Shown piece after piece: positions 48,725-58,624 of a stretch of DNA of 64,000 nt. The stretch is from sequence record LR756500.1. One strand, written 5' to 3'. Every line of letters begins with the position of its first letter. Positions within the stretch are counted from its first letter, which is position 1. A model generated the notes under the pieces. It was not told where the DNA came from, made no database searches, and was given only the letters and a program-made list of their open reading frames with translations. A program made the translations under genes and the position numbers.

Positions 48725-50074
48725 TTAAGAATTAGCATCATATTCAGGATTAATATATTTAACAGAAATAGTATTTTCATATTTACTACGAATTACAATA
48801 CCTTCTATAATTTGATTCGTATTCTCTTTTATTTCTTTAAAATAATTATTACATTTTGCAATTAAAGTATCATAATCAAAAATACCTTCAAATAATTCTG
48901 ATGTATATTCAAAATTATATTTTTCACAAAAGTCTTTTAAATTATGAGATTGTCCGTAATGAATTCTAGTTGAATGTCCAGATGATAAATCATCTATACC
49001 AAAGAAAATAACTTTAGATTCCGATAATTTTGCATCAATATTTAATTTATTTCCAGATCCTTTATTTCCAGCACCTATTAATTCTCCTCTAAGTGCTAAT
49101 TGAACATTATTTTCTTTACAATATTCTAAAAGTTTATCTAAATATCCATATTTTTTTGTTGTATCTACCCATGAATCTCTAACTTCTGTTAATATAGATT
49201 CAAATTTAATTGAAGCTTCATCATTTGTAAAAAATTCATTTGTAATATCATTCATCCAACCTTTTGTAAATTTTTCTTTATCAAAGTGCTGTCTTAGTAT
49301 AACTCCATCTTCTGTTTTATATCCAGTAACTATTTCTTGATCAAGTTTCTTTTCTTGATTTCTAGTGCATATACCTACTAAATATTCTTCCGGATTTATT
49401 GGATTTTTTCTACAATATAAAGTAATAGAAGATCCATCTCGTTTAATGGTTCCACTAACTATAACAGATTTTTCAAAGGATTTGTTAATATGTTCTTTTA
49501 ACATTTCTAATCTTGATTCATCAGTTTTATACATAAAAGAAGGAAAATCTCCCTTCTGCAATCCGCTATTTTGTGAACCTTCTAATGAATCATCAGCAAC
49601 ATATTTTGTTATATTTAGTTCTGTTTGTAAATCAAAATTTTCAGGTAATTCATTAATTAAATTAACTGGTAATACAATATGAATTGGTAAAATTATACCA
49701 TTACTATATATCGGATCAGTATTATTTTCAAATCTAAAATTGAATTTTAATGCTCTTATACGACCCTTTTTACCTAGACGAGATTTTTTTAAATCTCCAC
49801 CTGGTCTCCAATATTCTTTAAATATATCGGTATCAGGAATACAATAATCAGGTTGAATATAAACAACTTTTTCACCTATTTCATAAAGTCCTTTTCCAAC
49901 AATAATATTAAATTCACAACTATTGCCGTCAGTATCTTTAACTCTAGCAACTTGTATCATATTTGCTTCAATTCCTTCTTTAAATATAGGAATTAATTTT
50001 TCAATAATAACAAAATCTACAGGTTTCATAACATTTAAAATAAAAAATAGTAAATAAGAATAGGTATAATACAA
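48725..50074 (-). CDS. ATP-dependent RNA ligase (DRB0094-like, N-terminal OB-like module); true start probably MKPVDF
   Basis: Motif I TIKRDGSS, LRGELIG, EGIVIR, VKYIN. Confidence 0.8.
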   Translation of the reverse strand: MYYTYSYLLFFILNVMKPVDFVIIEKLIPIFKEGIEANMIQVARVKDTDGNSCEFNIIVGKGLYEIGEKVVYIQPDYCIPDTDIFKEYWRPGGDLKKSRLGKKGRIRALKFNFRFENNTDPIYSNGIILPIHIVLPVNLINELPENFDLQTELNITKYVADDSLEGSQNSGLQKGDFPSFMYKTDESRLEMLKEHINKSFEKSVIVSGTIKRDGSSITLYCRKNPINPEEYLVGICTRNQEKKLDQEIVTGYKTEDGVILRQHFDKEKFTKGWMNDITNEFFTNDEASIKFESILTEVRDSWVDTTKKYGYLDKLLEYCKENNVQLALRGELIGAGNKGSGNKLNIDAKLSESKVIFFGIDDLSSGHSTRIHYGQSHNLKDFCEKYNFEYTSELFEGIFDYDTLIAKCNNYFKEIKENTNQIIEGIVIRSKYENTISVKYINPEYDANS

Positions 50075-50370
50075 CCAACAGTAACTCCAACTACTTCTAC
50101 CATTAAATGAGTACTTGGTTTAACTGAAAAACATTTTTCAAAAAGTAATGCTACAAATATTCCAGCAAAAGCTCCAATAATATCTGAAAATGTATTTCCA
50201 ATCATACTAGATAATAATGGATTATCTTCAGGCTTAAGAAAAGGATTAATATCCATTCCTATAGCTAAAAATCCATTATCTATTATTCCAAAAACTGTCA
50301 TAAATAACATTCCTGCTATAAAACTTACAACTTTATCTTTTGTAGTTAATCTTATTGTTTTTCTAGTCAT
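50035..50370 (-). CDS. TMEM65-like membrane protein (start probably MTRK at 50370)
   Basis: FGIIDNG, GNTFSDIIG and GVTVGCII match the recalled TMEM65 pattern FGFxDN...GNxxSD...GxxxGC. Confidence 0.65.
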   Translation of the reverse strand: MTRKTIRLTTKDKVVSFIAGMLFMTVFGIIDNGFLAIGMDINPFLKPEDNPLLSSMIGNTFSDIIGAFAGIFVALLFEKCFSVKPSTHLMVEVVGVTVGCIIPILIYYFLF

Positions 50371-50384
50371 ATTTTTAAAATAAA

Positions 50385-50414
50385 TAAATGAGCACAAATA
50401 TTTGTGCTCATTTA
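50385..50414. terminator. Perfect 30-bp palindrome, probable terminator
   Basis: taaatgagcacaaat/atttgtgctcattta. Confidence 0.7.
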
Positions 50415-50422
50415 AATTTTGT

Positions 50423-50794
50423 TTATTTTCTCAATTTTTCAAGATCTTCAATTGACATCTCTTCAAGCTTTTTATCTTTTTTACTTGCAATTAAAGCATC
50501 AATTTTTTGATTATGAATTTTAGCTTCTGCTGCATCTCTTGATTCATCTGATTCTTTCTTTTTAGAAAGATAAACGTCTTTTAAAATATCAAAACGAAGT
50601 TGATTTTCAACATCTACAACTTTTGCATCTTCTAAGAATGATAATTCATCATCATCAGTCTTCTTTAATACTTTTTTAACTGCTTTAATTGAATTTGATA
50701 ATTCAGTCTGATTTAAATGCCATAATTGCTCAACACTTAATAGACCTTTACTTGTTTGGAATCTTAATCCTAATTTACTCGCTTGTTTGTACAT
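50423..50794 (-). CDS. Hypothetical protein coupled to the 707-aa gene
   Basis: ASKLGLRFQTSKGLLSVEQLWHL then coiled coil. Confidence 0.6.
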   Translation of the reverse strand: MYKQASKLGLRFQTSKGLLSVEQLWHLNQTELSNSIKAVKKVLKKTDDDELSFLEDAKVVDVENQLRFDILKDVYLSKKKESDESRDAAEAKIHNQKIDALIASKKDKKLEEMSIEDLEKLRK

Positions 50795-50813
50795 AAAATT
50801 AATTATTAATCGT

Positions 50814-52937
50814 TTAAAACTTTATTTTAATTACTCTTTTAAATGAGCCTTGTAATCTTACAATAAGTTCATCTCGAACTGTTGCATTAAAACCTAAGCC
50901 TGATAATTGTTTTTCAGATGGTTCAATCATTGTTGTATTTCCTAATACTTCAAGAACTTTTCGATGATTTGCTAATTCTGGAATTAAATTTTCTGTATGA
51001 AAACTTCTAATAGATGTAGGAGATTTACAACCATCTAACATGAAAAAGAAATGTTTATTTCCAACTTCATTACCGTCCCAGTGATTAGGACTTAAACATA
51101 CTAAATTTACTTTATGGAATTCATTTGTTTGTAAACCATATAGTTCTTTAGATACAGAATTACCTTCTATTACAGGTAATAAATGTTTAATAGTAAAATA
51201 TCCATTCTTTAAAGTTACTTCGGCAATTTGAATTTTTCCTTGAGCGTTTCCTTTATACTCATAAATATAAGATTCTCCTTCAAATTCTATTTCAGCTTTA
51301 AATCCTGTATTCTTTCCGGCATTAAAATTATGATTAAAGAATTTATAAACACCGTCTTTCATTTTAAATTTATCTATCCATGTAATATTTTCAACTCCTA
51401 ATGTACGTGGACTGATCATATCGATATCTAATTCACCAGACATGGTGGTTAAACCTCCACGTCCTTTTCTATATGAACCATAATATATTTCAGTTCCATT
51501 TGGTTCAATAGCATGAACATCAAAATCACAAATACTCCTGCCATCTTCATTCCAAGATATAGAACATCTTAATACGGCATCAATTCGACCTCCAGCATCT
51601 TTAACAGCTTCTTTAATCATAGATTTACCGGCTAAATTTCCATTAAATGTCCAACTATAATTATTTGACCATTTAAATATTGGTTTACTTTCTTTAATAT
51701 TTGCTGTTGTAAGTGAAGACATATTTCCATTATGATCATTTGATAAATATGCTTCAACTGAAGTACAATTTGGAAGTATATCTTGCATAAATTTATCAAT
51801 AGATACTTCTTCAATTCCATCAAATTCACTTCTTTTATGTCTTGTGGAAGTTGATTTAACAGTATCAAATATAGATACTGCTTTTAATTTTCCATCTCCA
51901 ACATTAATATGTTTGATTTCAGAAGCTTTAATATCATCGATATTAGCAAATCTTCTATCAAAAGATTCAGTATATCCATTTTCTTCAACAAAAATACGAG
52001 CTTCTTCAATTTGTTTTTTTGTAATTGGAGCCGTTGTTTTCATGTAATTAACTGGATCAACTCTTTTATTCCATGCTTGACATGCGTCATTTAATTCTTT
52101 GCCTTCTGCTAATTCGGAACATAATACACCAATAAGCTCATTTTTAAATTTAGCAAATGGTAATTTATAAGAAGCTGTCCAACACCAATTATTTCTTTTC
52201 CCTGAAGGTAATTCATCATATTGTTTTTTCAATGGAATGAATTGTTCAATTTTGTATAAATGTGTTTGTCCATCAAGCAAGCTTCCTTGAATGATAAGAT
52301 CTTTTACCAAATTTAATGTATCAATGGAAATTTCTTCCATAGCACGTTGAAATACGTTTTTTGAATCTCGATATTCACCCATAATAGATTCAATAGATTT
52401 ACTACCCATATCAACAAACTGCTTAGGTAAAAATAAATGAAAATGATTAAAGGTTCTTATTTCATTTTGTTTAACGACACCATATTTTTCTGCTTCTTCT
52501 TTGGTATATCGTTTTACGTTTTTATCAATACCTAATTTAAATAAAGTATTAGTTTTAGATATACTTTCGTAAGGAAGAGAATTTAATTCATTAAATGTTT
52601 CAAAAAATACTTCTGCAACATTAGCATTTTTAAGTGCATCTGATATTGCTTTAGCTGATGCAGAATATTCTTCTGAAGCTTCAACATCAAACATTGTAAT
52701 AATATTATAATCTTCATCGATAGATACAATATTACCGTATCTACGAATAAAATTATTACATAAAGTACAATTATGATAAGTACTTTGAGGGTCTCTAAAA
52801 ATTGGATTATGTTCTTTTGGGAATGCATTAATATATAAATCCCATACTTGTTGTCCAGATAAAGAACTTCTAAACAACTTTCCAGTAGAACACATTTTTT
52901 CAAATTGCTCCTGTATTAATTTTTTAAATTCTATCAT
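50814..52937 (-). CDS. Large hypothetical protein with a YfaP/TerD-like beta-sandwich domain
   Basis: LRCSISWNE...DFDVHAIEPNGTEIYY...ELDIDM...VENITW. Confidence 0.6.
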   Translation of the reverse strand: MIEFKKLIQEQFEKMCSTGKLFRSSLSGQQVWDLYINAFPKEHNPIFRDPQSTYHNCTLCNNFIRRYGNIVSIDEDYNIITMFDVEASEEYSASAKAISDALKNANVAEVFFETFNELNSLPYESISKTNTLFKLGIDKNVKRYTKEEAEKYGVVKQNEIRTFNHFHLFLPKQFVDMGSKSIESIMGEYRDSKNVFQRAMEEISIDTLNLVKDLIIQGSLLDGQTHLYKIEQFIPLKKQYDELPSGKRNNWCWTASYKLPFAKFKNELIGVLCSELAEGKELNDACQAWNKRVDPVNYMKTTAPITKKQIEEARIFVEENGYTESFDRRFANIDDIKASEIKHINVGDGKLKAVSIFDTVKSTSTRHKRSEFDGIEEVSIDKFMQDILPNCTSVEAYLSNDHNGNMSSLTTANIKESKPIFKWSNNYSWTFNGNLAGKSMIKEAVKDAGGRIDAVLRCSISWNEDGRSICDFDVHAIEPNGTEIYYGSYRKGRGGLTTMSGELDIDMISPRTLGVENITWIDKFKMKDGVYKFFNHNFNAGKNTGFKAEIEFEGESYIYEYKGNAQGKIQIAEVTLKNGYFTIKHLLPVIEGNSVSKELYGLQTNEFHKVNLVCLSPNHWDGNEVGNKHFFFMLDGCKSPTSIRSFHTENLIPELANHRKVLEVLGNTTMIEPSEKQLSGLGFNATVRDELIVRLQGSFKRVIKIKF

Positions 52938-53325
52938 TTTTACTATATTTAATTAATTAAAGGTAAATATAATAAAAAAGTTTTAATTATTATAATTTTT
53001 CGAAACATTTTAAAATAATAGAACATTTTTCATATTCTTCTATTTCAATATAATAGTTCTTTAGTTCTTCCAAAATTATATTCCAATTATTTCTATGACA
53101 TTTTATTTGCATAAGTTTAGATCCTTTTAATTCTAAATAAAAAATAGGCATTAATAAAATATCATTATTTATTCCATAGATAATAGCGTTATATCTAACT
53201 ATAATTTATTATAATTTATAAAATTTAATAATTAAAAATAATAATAAAGTTTTAAAAATATTACTAAATTTTATATAAAAATATAAAGGCTTGATGATAT
53301 ATAAAATAAATTAATATTTTAAAGA

Positions 53326-53490
53326 ATGGAAGATTTTAAGTTATTAAAACTGTCGAAGGTGTGTAAAGAATTTAATGTAACTAGACAAACATTATATAAT
53401 TGGAAGGAGAAAGGCGTATTGAATTTTATAAAAATTGGCGGTTTGAATTTTATAAAAGATAAAGATATTAAAGCATTAATAAATAAGTAA
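53326..53490 (+). CDS. Stand-alone MerR/excisionase-type HTH (IS607 TnpA N-terminal-like) mini-gene
   Basis: Manual translation MEDFKLLKLSKVCKEFNVTRQTLYNWKEKGVLNFIKIGGLNFIKDKDIKALINK; the stop abuts the tnpB start. Confidence 0.75.
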   Translation: MEDFKLLKLSKVCKEFNVTRQTLYNWKEKGVLNFIKIGGLNFIKDKDIKALINK

Positions 53491-54813
53491 TTGAAGACAA
53501 TTAAATTACCATATAAAACTGATGAAGATTTAACATCTATATTTAAACAGTACTCTAGTGTTGTAAGATATAGTTATAATAGATTCATAGATGGTATGAA
53601 TGAGAAAGAGATTAGGTTAATGATTAAAGAGTTGAGTAATATTGATTTACTTAATTCATGGTTGATTCAGTGTGCGATATTGGATGGTAAAGCGATGCAG
53701 AAGCGGTTTGAAGATAAAAAGGTTGTATTTGGCGGAAAGTTTAATTTTATAAATAGATTAAAAGGTAAAATCTCTAAAAATGAGTTTGATTTGAAACGAT
53801 TAAGCCCCTTAAATATTCAGGGTGAAGTATTAAAGAAGGGAAATAGGAGTTTTGAGTTAGATATAATAGAGAATAATAAAATAGTATTTAAGTTAAATAA
53901 AGCTAAGCATATAGAACTCTATCTTCCTAAATTAAGGAGTAATATAAAAAAGGAGTTGTATAGGATTCAGCAGTTGAATGAAGTAAAATATAATGAACAA
54001 GGTTATACGTTTTCTGTTAGATTTGATATGAAATATGTTTATATAAGTTTTGAAGAGTTTAAGAATGAAGAAGTTAAGCAGTTGAATGAGAATAGGTATT
54101 TAGGTATAGATTTGAATCCAGATACAATAGGAATATCCGTTTTAGAAAATAATCAAGTAATTTATGCTCAAGAGTTTAGTTTAAAATTAATTTTTGATAG
54201 AATTTTAAATAAAAATTTAAGTTCGGATTCTGTTAAGATGAAGTATTATCAGAATAAGTTAGGTTTTGAAACGATCGAGATTGCTAAATCTGTATCGTTG
54301 ATTGCTAGACGGTTTGGTTGTAAGACGGTTTATGTTGAGGATTTGAAGTTTAATCAAAAGTTGAGTAAGGAGCAAAAACATAATCATTTAGGAAATAGGA
54401 AGTGTAGAAATTTATGGAAGAGAGATAAATTTATTTCTAATTTGACTAAGCGATTGAATGTATTGGGTATTGGTTTATATGAAGTTAATCCAGCATATTC
54501 TAGTTTTATAGGAAATTTAATGTATGAATATACTGATGCGGTAAATGCATCAATAGAGATTGCTAGACGAGGGTTTGAGTATAGAATAAAGAAAAGCAAG
54601 ATAGGGTTTTATCCAGTTTTTGATGTGAAACACCGATGGAAGGAAATGGTTGCATCGTTTAAAGATTGGAAGGAATTTTATATTGAGGTGGTAAAAAATT
54701 CGAGATTGAAATATCGAGTTTCATTGGATGAGTGTAAGTATTTGTTTGATGTTTTTAAGCAAAATTCGCATAAAAGTATGGTATTAAATTATGTCTTTAG
54801 GGACAAAATATAA
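53491..54813 (+). mobile_element. tnpB: TnpB copy 4 (IS607-like, no zinc finger)
   Basis: VVRYSYNR, LGIDLNPD, VYVEDL, VNPAYSS, DAVNASIEIARRG. Confidence 0.85.
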
Positions 54814-54982
54814 AATATTTATGTCTTTATAGACAAATGTAATTTTATAGAAGCTTTTTATAATTAATTATTTGATTTATTGAATTTTGTATTTTATATA
54901 ACAAATCTTTATTAGCAGTTAATTGGTCAAAGGCTTCATTAACTGTATTGCAGTTCATAAGTTTAAAAGTAGATAATTGCAT

Positions 54983-55825
54983 TTATTTTTTTATTTTTTG
55001 TAGCTTTTCAAATAAAATTCTTTCTTCTTTAGATATAGATTCTGGAATTATTATTTGTACATTTATTATTAAGTCTCCTGTTTGTAAAGGATTTTCCATT
55101 AATGGCATTCCTTTACCATGAATTCTAAATTTTTTATTATTTGGAGTACAAGATGGTATTTTAATTTTTAATTTATTTTCGAATGTTTCTATTTCAACAT
55201 GGCCCCCTAGTATTGCAGTATATAAATCTACCTCTAAATTATAATAAAGATCTAAATTATTAACATTAAAATTTTTATCACTTATAACATGAACTATTAC
55301 AATTAAATCTCCATTATTAGGTGTTCCTTTTCCACCATATCCTTTAAATCTCAATTTGGTATTATCTCTAACACCTTTCTTAATATTAACGGAGTGTTGT
55401 TCACCTCCTGCATATACATTTTTATATATACCATTAAAAGCTTCTTTAAGTGTTAAATATACATCTACATGATAATCTTGTCCCTGCCCATTCCAAGCAC
55501 TAGCAAAAATACTATCAAAAATATCAGATGCATTAATATTATCCCATGACTCACGATTATAGAAATCTTTCATGAAATCATCATAAACATAATATCTATT
55601 AGCACCTTCAAGATCATATTTATTTCTTTTATCTGCATCACTTAATATAGAATATGCTGAAGTAATTTCTTTAAATTTATCTTCAGCTTCTTTATCTTTA
55701 TTTTTATCGGGATGCCATTTAAGAGCTAATTTTCTGTAAGCTTTTTTTATTTCATCTTGGGTTGCATTTTTATCTATCTCTAATATGTCATATAAACTTT
55801 TATCCACCCTTCCTTTATTTTTCAT
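54983..55825 (-). CDS. dnaJ: DnaJ/CbpA-type co-chaperone (J domain plus C-terminal domain, no Zn finger)
   Basis: LYDILEI...[17 protein letters not shown]; GDLIVIVHV; GKGMP. Confidence 0.92.
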   Translation of the reverse strand: MKNKGRVDKSLYDILEIDKNATQDEIKKAYRKLALKWHPDKNKDKEAEDKFKEITSAYSILSDADKRNKYDLEGANRYYVYDDFMKDFYNRESWDNINASDIFDSIFASAWNGQGQDYHVDVYLTLKEAFNGIYKNVYAGGEQHSVNIKKGVRDNTKLRFKGYGGKGTPNNGDLIVIVHVISDKNFNVNNLDLYYNLEVDLYTAILGGHVEIETFENKLKIKIPSCTPNNKKFRIHGKGMPLMENPLQTGDLIINVQIIIPESISKEERILFEKLQKIKK

Positions 55826-56093
55826 CGAAATAACATAAAAAATTGTTTCTTACATATACATACTGTATAAAACCTTCTAAATCACTAGCTATAATAAATA
55901 TAGATTCTTCTATTTCTCCGTTTGATTTTTCTTCGGCAACATTCATAAACCATTTATCAGAATTTTCCCACCACAAATGAACAGTATTTCTACCTTTATC
56001 TTTTTTGAGATATCCTTTTTTAGATTTATTGCCTATATTATTTATGAATTCTCGTTGAGTTCCATTAAACTTTTTCAGATTCGTTAATTTCAT
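55815..56093 (-). CDS. Hypothetical protein
   Basis: 92 aa ORF overlapping its neighbours. Confidence 0.5.
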   Translation of the reverse strand: MKLTNLKKFNGTQREFINNIGNKSKKGYLKKDKGRNTVHLWWENSDKWFMNVAEEKSNGEIEESIFIIASDLEGFIQYVYVRNNFLCYFDEK

Positions 56094-56415
56094 CTTTTAT
56101 TTCAGTTAGTTCGTTAATAGGTATAACTTGATTAATAAATTTACTTATTTCTTCTATATGATTTTTAACTTCTTGAATATCAACAAAAGTATATTTACCA
56201 CTTTTAATATGACTTTGAATTTCAGATATATTCATTCCTTCTTTTTTCATTTTTCTGAATTCTAATATATCCTTTTTCTTTTGTGATGTAACATCTTTTT
56301 CTTTAAATGCAATATCTTTTTCTAATGCACTAGCTATTCTTTCTAATGCTGTTACTGCTCTAGGGAAATCTGTGTTAAAAAACTTTTCTCCCATTCGTGT
56401 TTTGTGAAATTCCAT
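56065..56415 (-). CDS. Hypothetical protein
   Basis: MEFHKTRMGEKFF...ALERIASALEK. Confidence 0.55.
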   Translation of the reverse strand: MEFHKTRMGEKFFNTDFPRAVTALERIASALEKDIAFKEKDVTSQKKKDILEFRKMKKEGMNISEIQSHIKSGKYTFVDIQEVKNHIEEISKFINQVIPINELTEIKDEINESEKV

Positions 56416-56559
56416 ATTTTAGATATTTAAAATAAATATAATAATAATGTTTTTAAAAAATTAATTTTTATATATATCACGGCGAAACTATTTCTGTTTT
56501 TCTAATATAAAATTTACAGCTTAAGAGTTGGAGTAATGTATATTTAAAGCGGATCTGTT

Positions 56560-57132
56560 ATGGCAATATTAACAAAATCGGAAATATTTAGACTAGGTTT
56601 TAAATCTGTTGGAGAGAATGTTTATATCTCAGACAAAGCTAGTTTTTACGGAACACGAAATATAGAACTAGGTAATAATGTAAGAATTGACGATTTCGTC
56701 GTTATCTCAGCTGGAGAAAAAGGAATTCAAATCGGTAATTATATTCATATAGGTGTTCAATCTTCTTTAATAGGACAAGAACATATTCTATTAAATGATT
56801 TTTCTAATATATCTTCTAAAGTAGCAATTTATAGTTCTAATGACGATTATAGTGGCCAGACTATGAGCAATCCTATGATACCGAACGAATATAAAAATGT
56901 TTATCATGCTGGAGTTTATATTGGAAAACATGTAATAATTGGATGTGGAAGTGTTATATTGCCAGGTTCATATATTGGCGATTCATCAGTTATTGGAGCA
57001 TTATCTATAGTTAAAGTAAATAGTAGTATTCCTGATTTAGAAATATGGGCAGGTATTCCAGTTAAATATATTAAGCCTAGAGATAAAAATCATTTATTAT
57101 TAGAAGAAAAATTTATGACTTCTAATATATAA
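56560..57132 (+). CDS. Hexapeptide-repeat (left-handed beta-helix) O/N-acetyltransferase
   Basis: IELGNNVRIDD, IGNYIHIG, IGKHVIIGCGSVILPG, IWAGIPVK. Confidence 0.88.
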   Translation: MAILTKSEIFRLGFKSVGENVYISDKASFYGTRNIELGNNVRIDDFVVISAGEKGIQIGNYIHIGVQSSLIGQEHILLNDFSNISSKVAIYSSNDDYSGQTMSNPMIPNEYKNVYHAGVYIGKHVIIGCGSVILPGSYIGDSSVIGALSIVKVNSSIPDLEIWAGIPVKYIKPRDKNHLLLEEKFMTSNI

Positions 57133-57145
57133 ATAAAATGTTACA

Positions 57146-57562
57146 GTGAAACATATAAAGGAATATGAAGATTTTGTTTATGAATTTAGATCAACTAGAT
57201 TAATAAGAAATACAGGATCTAAATTTATAAACAAATTTAAAAATAATGTACCAAGTATTAGAGATTTTAATGGAATATCACTTGTTAAAAATCTTATTGA
57301 TAATTATGAAACACGAAATAAAATAACTAAAGTTTTATTAAAAACAGAAGATAAAGATAAAATAAAAGATTTAAAAGACGATTTAAATGATAATAAAGAT
57401 GAACATACTAAAATATCTGATAAAATTAAAACTAATACTGAAAAATTATCTTCATCTAATAAAAAAGTATCCGATAAGGATAAAGATAAAATTACAGAAA
57501 TGAAAAAGAAAATTCAAAAAATACAAGATGAATTTAAAAACATAAAATCTAAAAATAAATAA
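57146..57562 (+). CDS. Hypothetical protein with CTS-like tag
   Basis: Starts (GTG) MKHIKEYEDFVYE; TATAAATA at 57128-57135. Confidence 0.65.
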   Translation: MKHIKEYEDFVYEFRSTRLIRNTGSKFINKFKNNVPSIRDFNGISLVKNLIDNYETRNKITKVLLKTEDKDKIKDLKDDLNDNKDEHTKISDKIKTNTEKLSSSNKKVSDKDKDKITEMKKKIQKIQDEFKNIKSKNK

Positions 57563-57565
57563 TAT

Positions 57566-58057
57566 ATGAAATACTTAACAGAGTTTTTTGATTTCATTAA
57601 TAACGATATTAATGAAAATGATATGTTATCTGAATATTTAAAGGAAGAATATTTAAATGAAGATTTTAGTTCTGAGTTTTATAATTTAGAAAATATAAAT
57701 GAATCTAAAAAATTATATGATACTGCTTTATGGAAAGAATATAGAAAAATAAAACCTTTACTAAAAGAAGGAAAACAATATAAAAAAGATACTAAAAGAT
57801 ATTTTGAATTACAAAAGGAATATATGTCAAAAGTATTAGAAGAAGATAAAGTTAATATTAAATATATGTCTGATCTTTTAATTGAAAAACTTAATTTATT
57901 AAATGAAGGAAGTAGAGATTATACTCTAAATGAAATGAGAAATAATAAAATTAAATTAATAGATAATTATAAGAAAAAACTTAATAGACAAATTAATAAA
58001 GACTTAAAAGAAATGGAAGCGTTTTTTGATAGTAATCCTAAAATTTTATTGGTTTAA
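57566..58057 (+). CDS. Hypothetical protein with CTS-like tag
   Basis: Starts MKYLTEFFDFIN; further LNE motifs. Confidence 0.6.
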   Translation: MKYLTEFFDFINNDINENDMLSEYLKEEYLNEDFSSEFYNLENINESKKLYDTALWKEYRKIKPLLKEGKQYKKDTKRYFELQKEYMSKVLEEDKVNIKYMSDLLIEKLNLLNEGSRDYTLNEMRNNKIKLIDNYKKKLNRQINKDLKEMEAFFDSNPKILLV

Positions 58058-58384
58058 TTTCCATTTTATATAACTTTCACTATAATTTTTAGCAAGATCA
58101 AGAGCAAGATTTTCTATTATTTTTAATTCTTTTAATGAAAGATGTCTCATAAAGAAATCAATATTATTTTTAATTTTTATTTCTTGTGATTTTTCAAAGG
58201 TTAATATTTCTGCTTTCATTCTAATTTAGATAATTTACATTCAGCCTCATATAATAAGTCACGAAGCATTTTATTTTATTTTTCTATTTCAATTAATTCT
58301 AATTCGACAAGCCCAAATGTTCCCATACAAACTTCATCGTGAATAAGCTCCTTAATTTTTATCGTTTTTGCATTCATATTAATT

Positions 58385-58624
58385 TTATTCAGTTATTAAT
58401 CCTTGTTGAATTGCCAGTTTCTTAGCTTCATATAATGGTTTAGATCTATTTTCAGTAGCAAACATTAATCCAGACATATAATCTGGACCATTACTACTAT
58501 ATCTTGCTATTACAGTAGGTTCATTTTCACAAAAATATAAATCGTATTCTTCATACATACCTAAATATTTACAGATATCACAATCATGTTTAAATCTTGG
58601 AGTGTTCATTTTATATTTATTCAT
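58385..58624 (-). CDS. Small hypothetical protein
   Basis: PRFKHDCDICKYLG...DLYFC...ARY. Confidence 0.6.
   Translation of the reverse strand: MNKYKMNTPRFKHDCDICKYLGMYEEYDLYFCENEPTVIARYSSNGPDYMSGLMFATENRSKPLYEAKKLAIQQGLITE

Noticed and set aside
52985-53170. Degenerate small ORF with a YIEIEEYEKC motif upstream of tnpB copy 4
   Set aside because: Interrupted by stops with no clear start; too short to support a call
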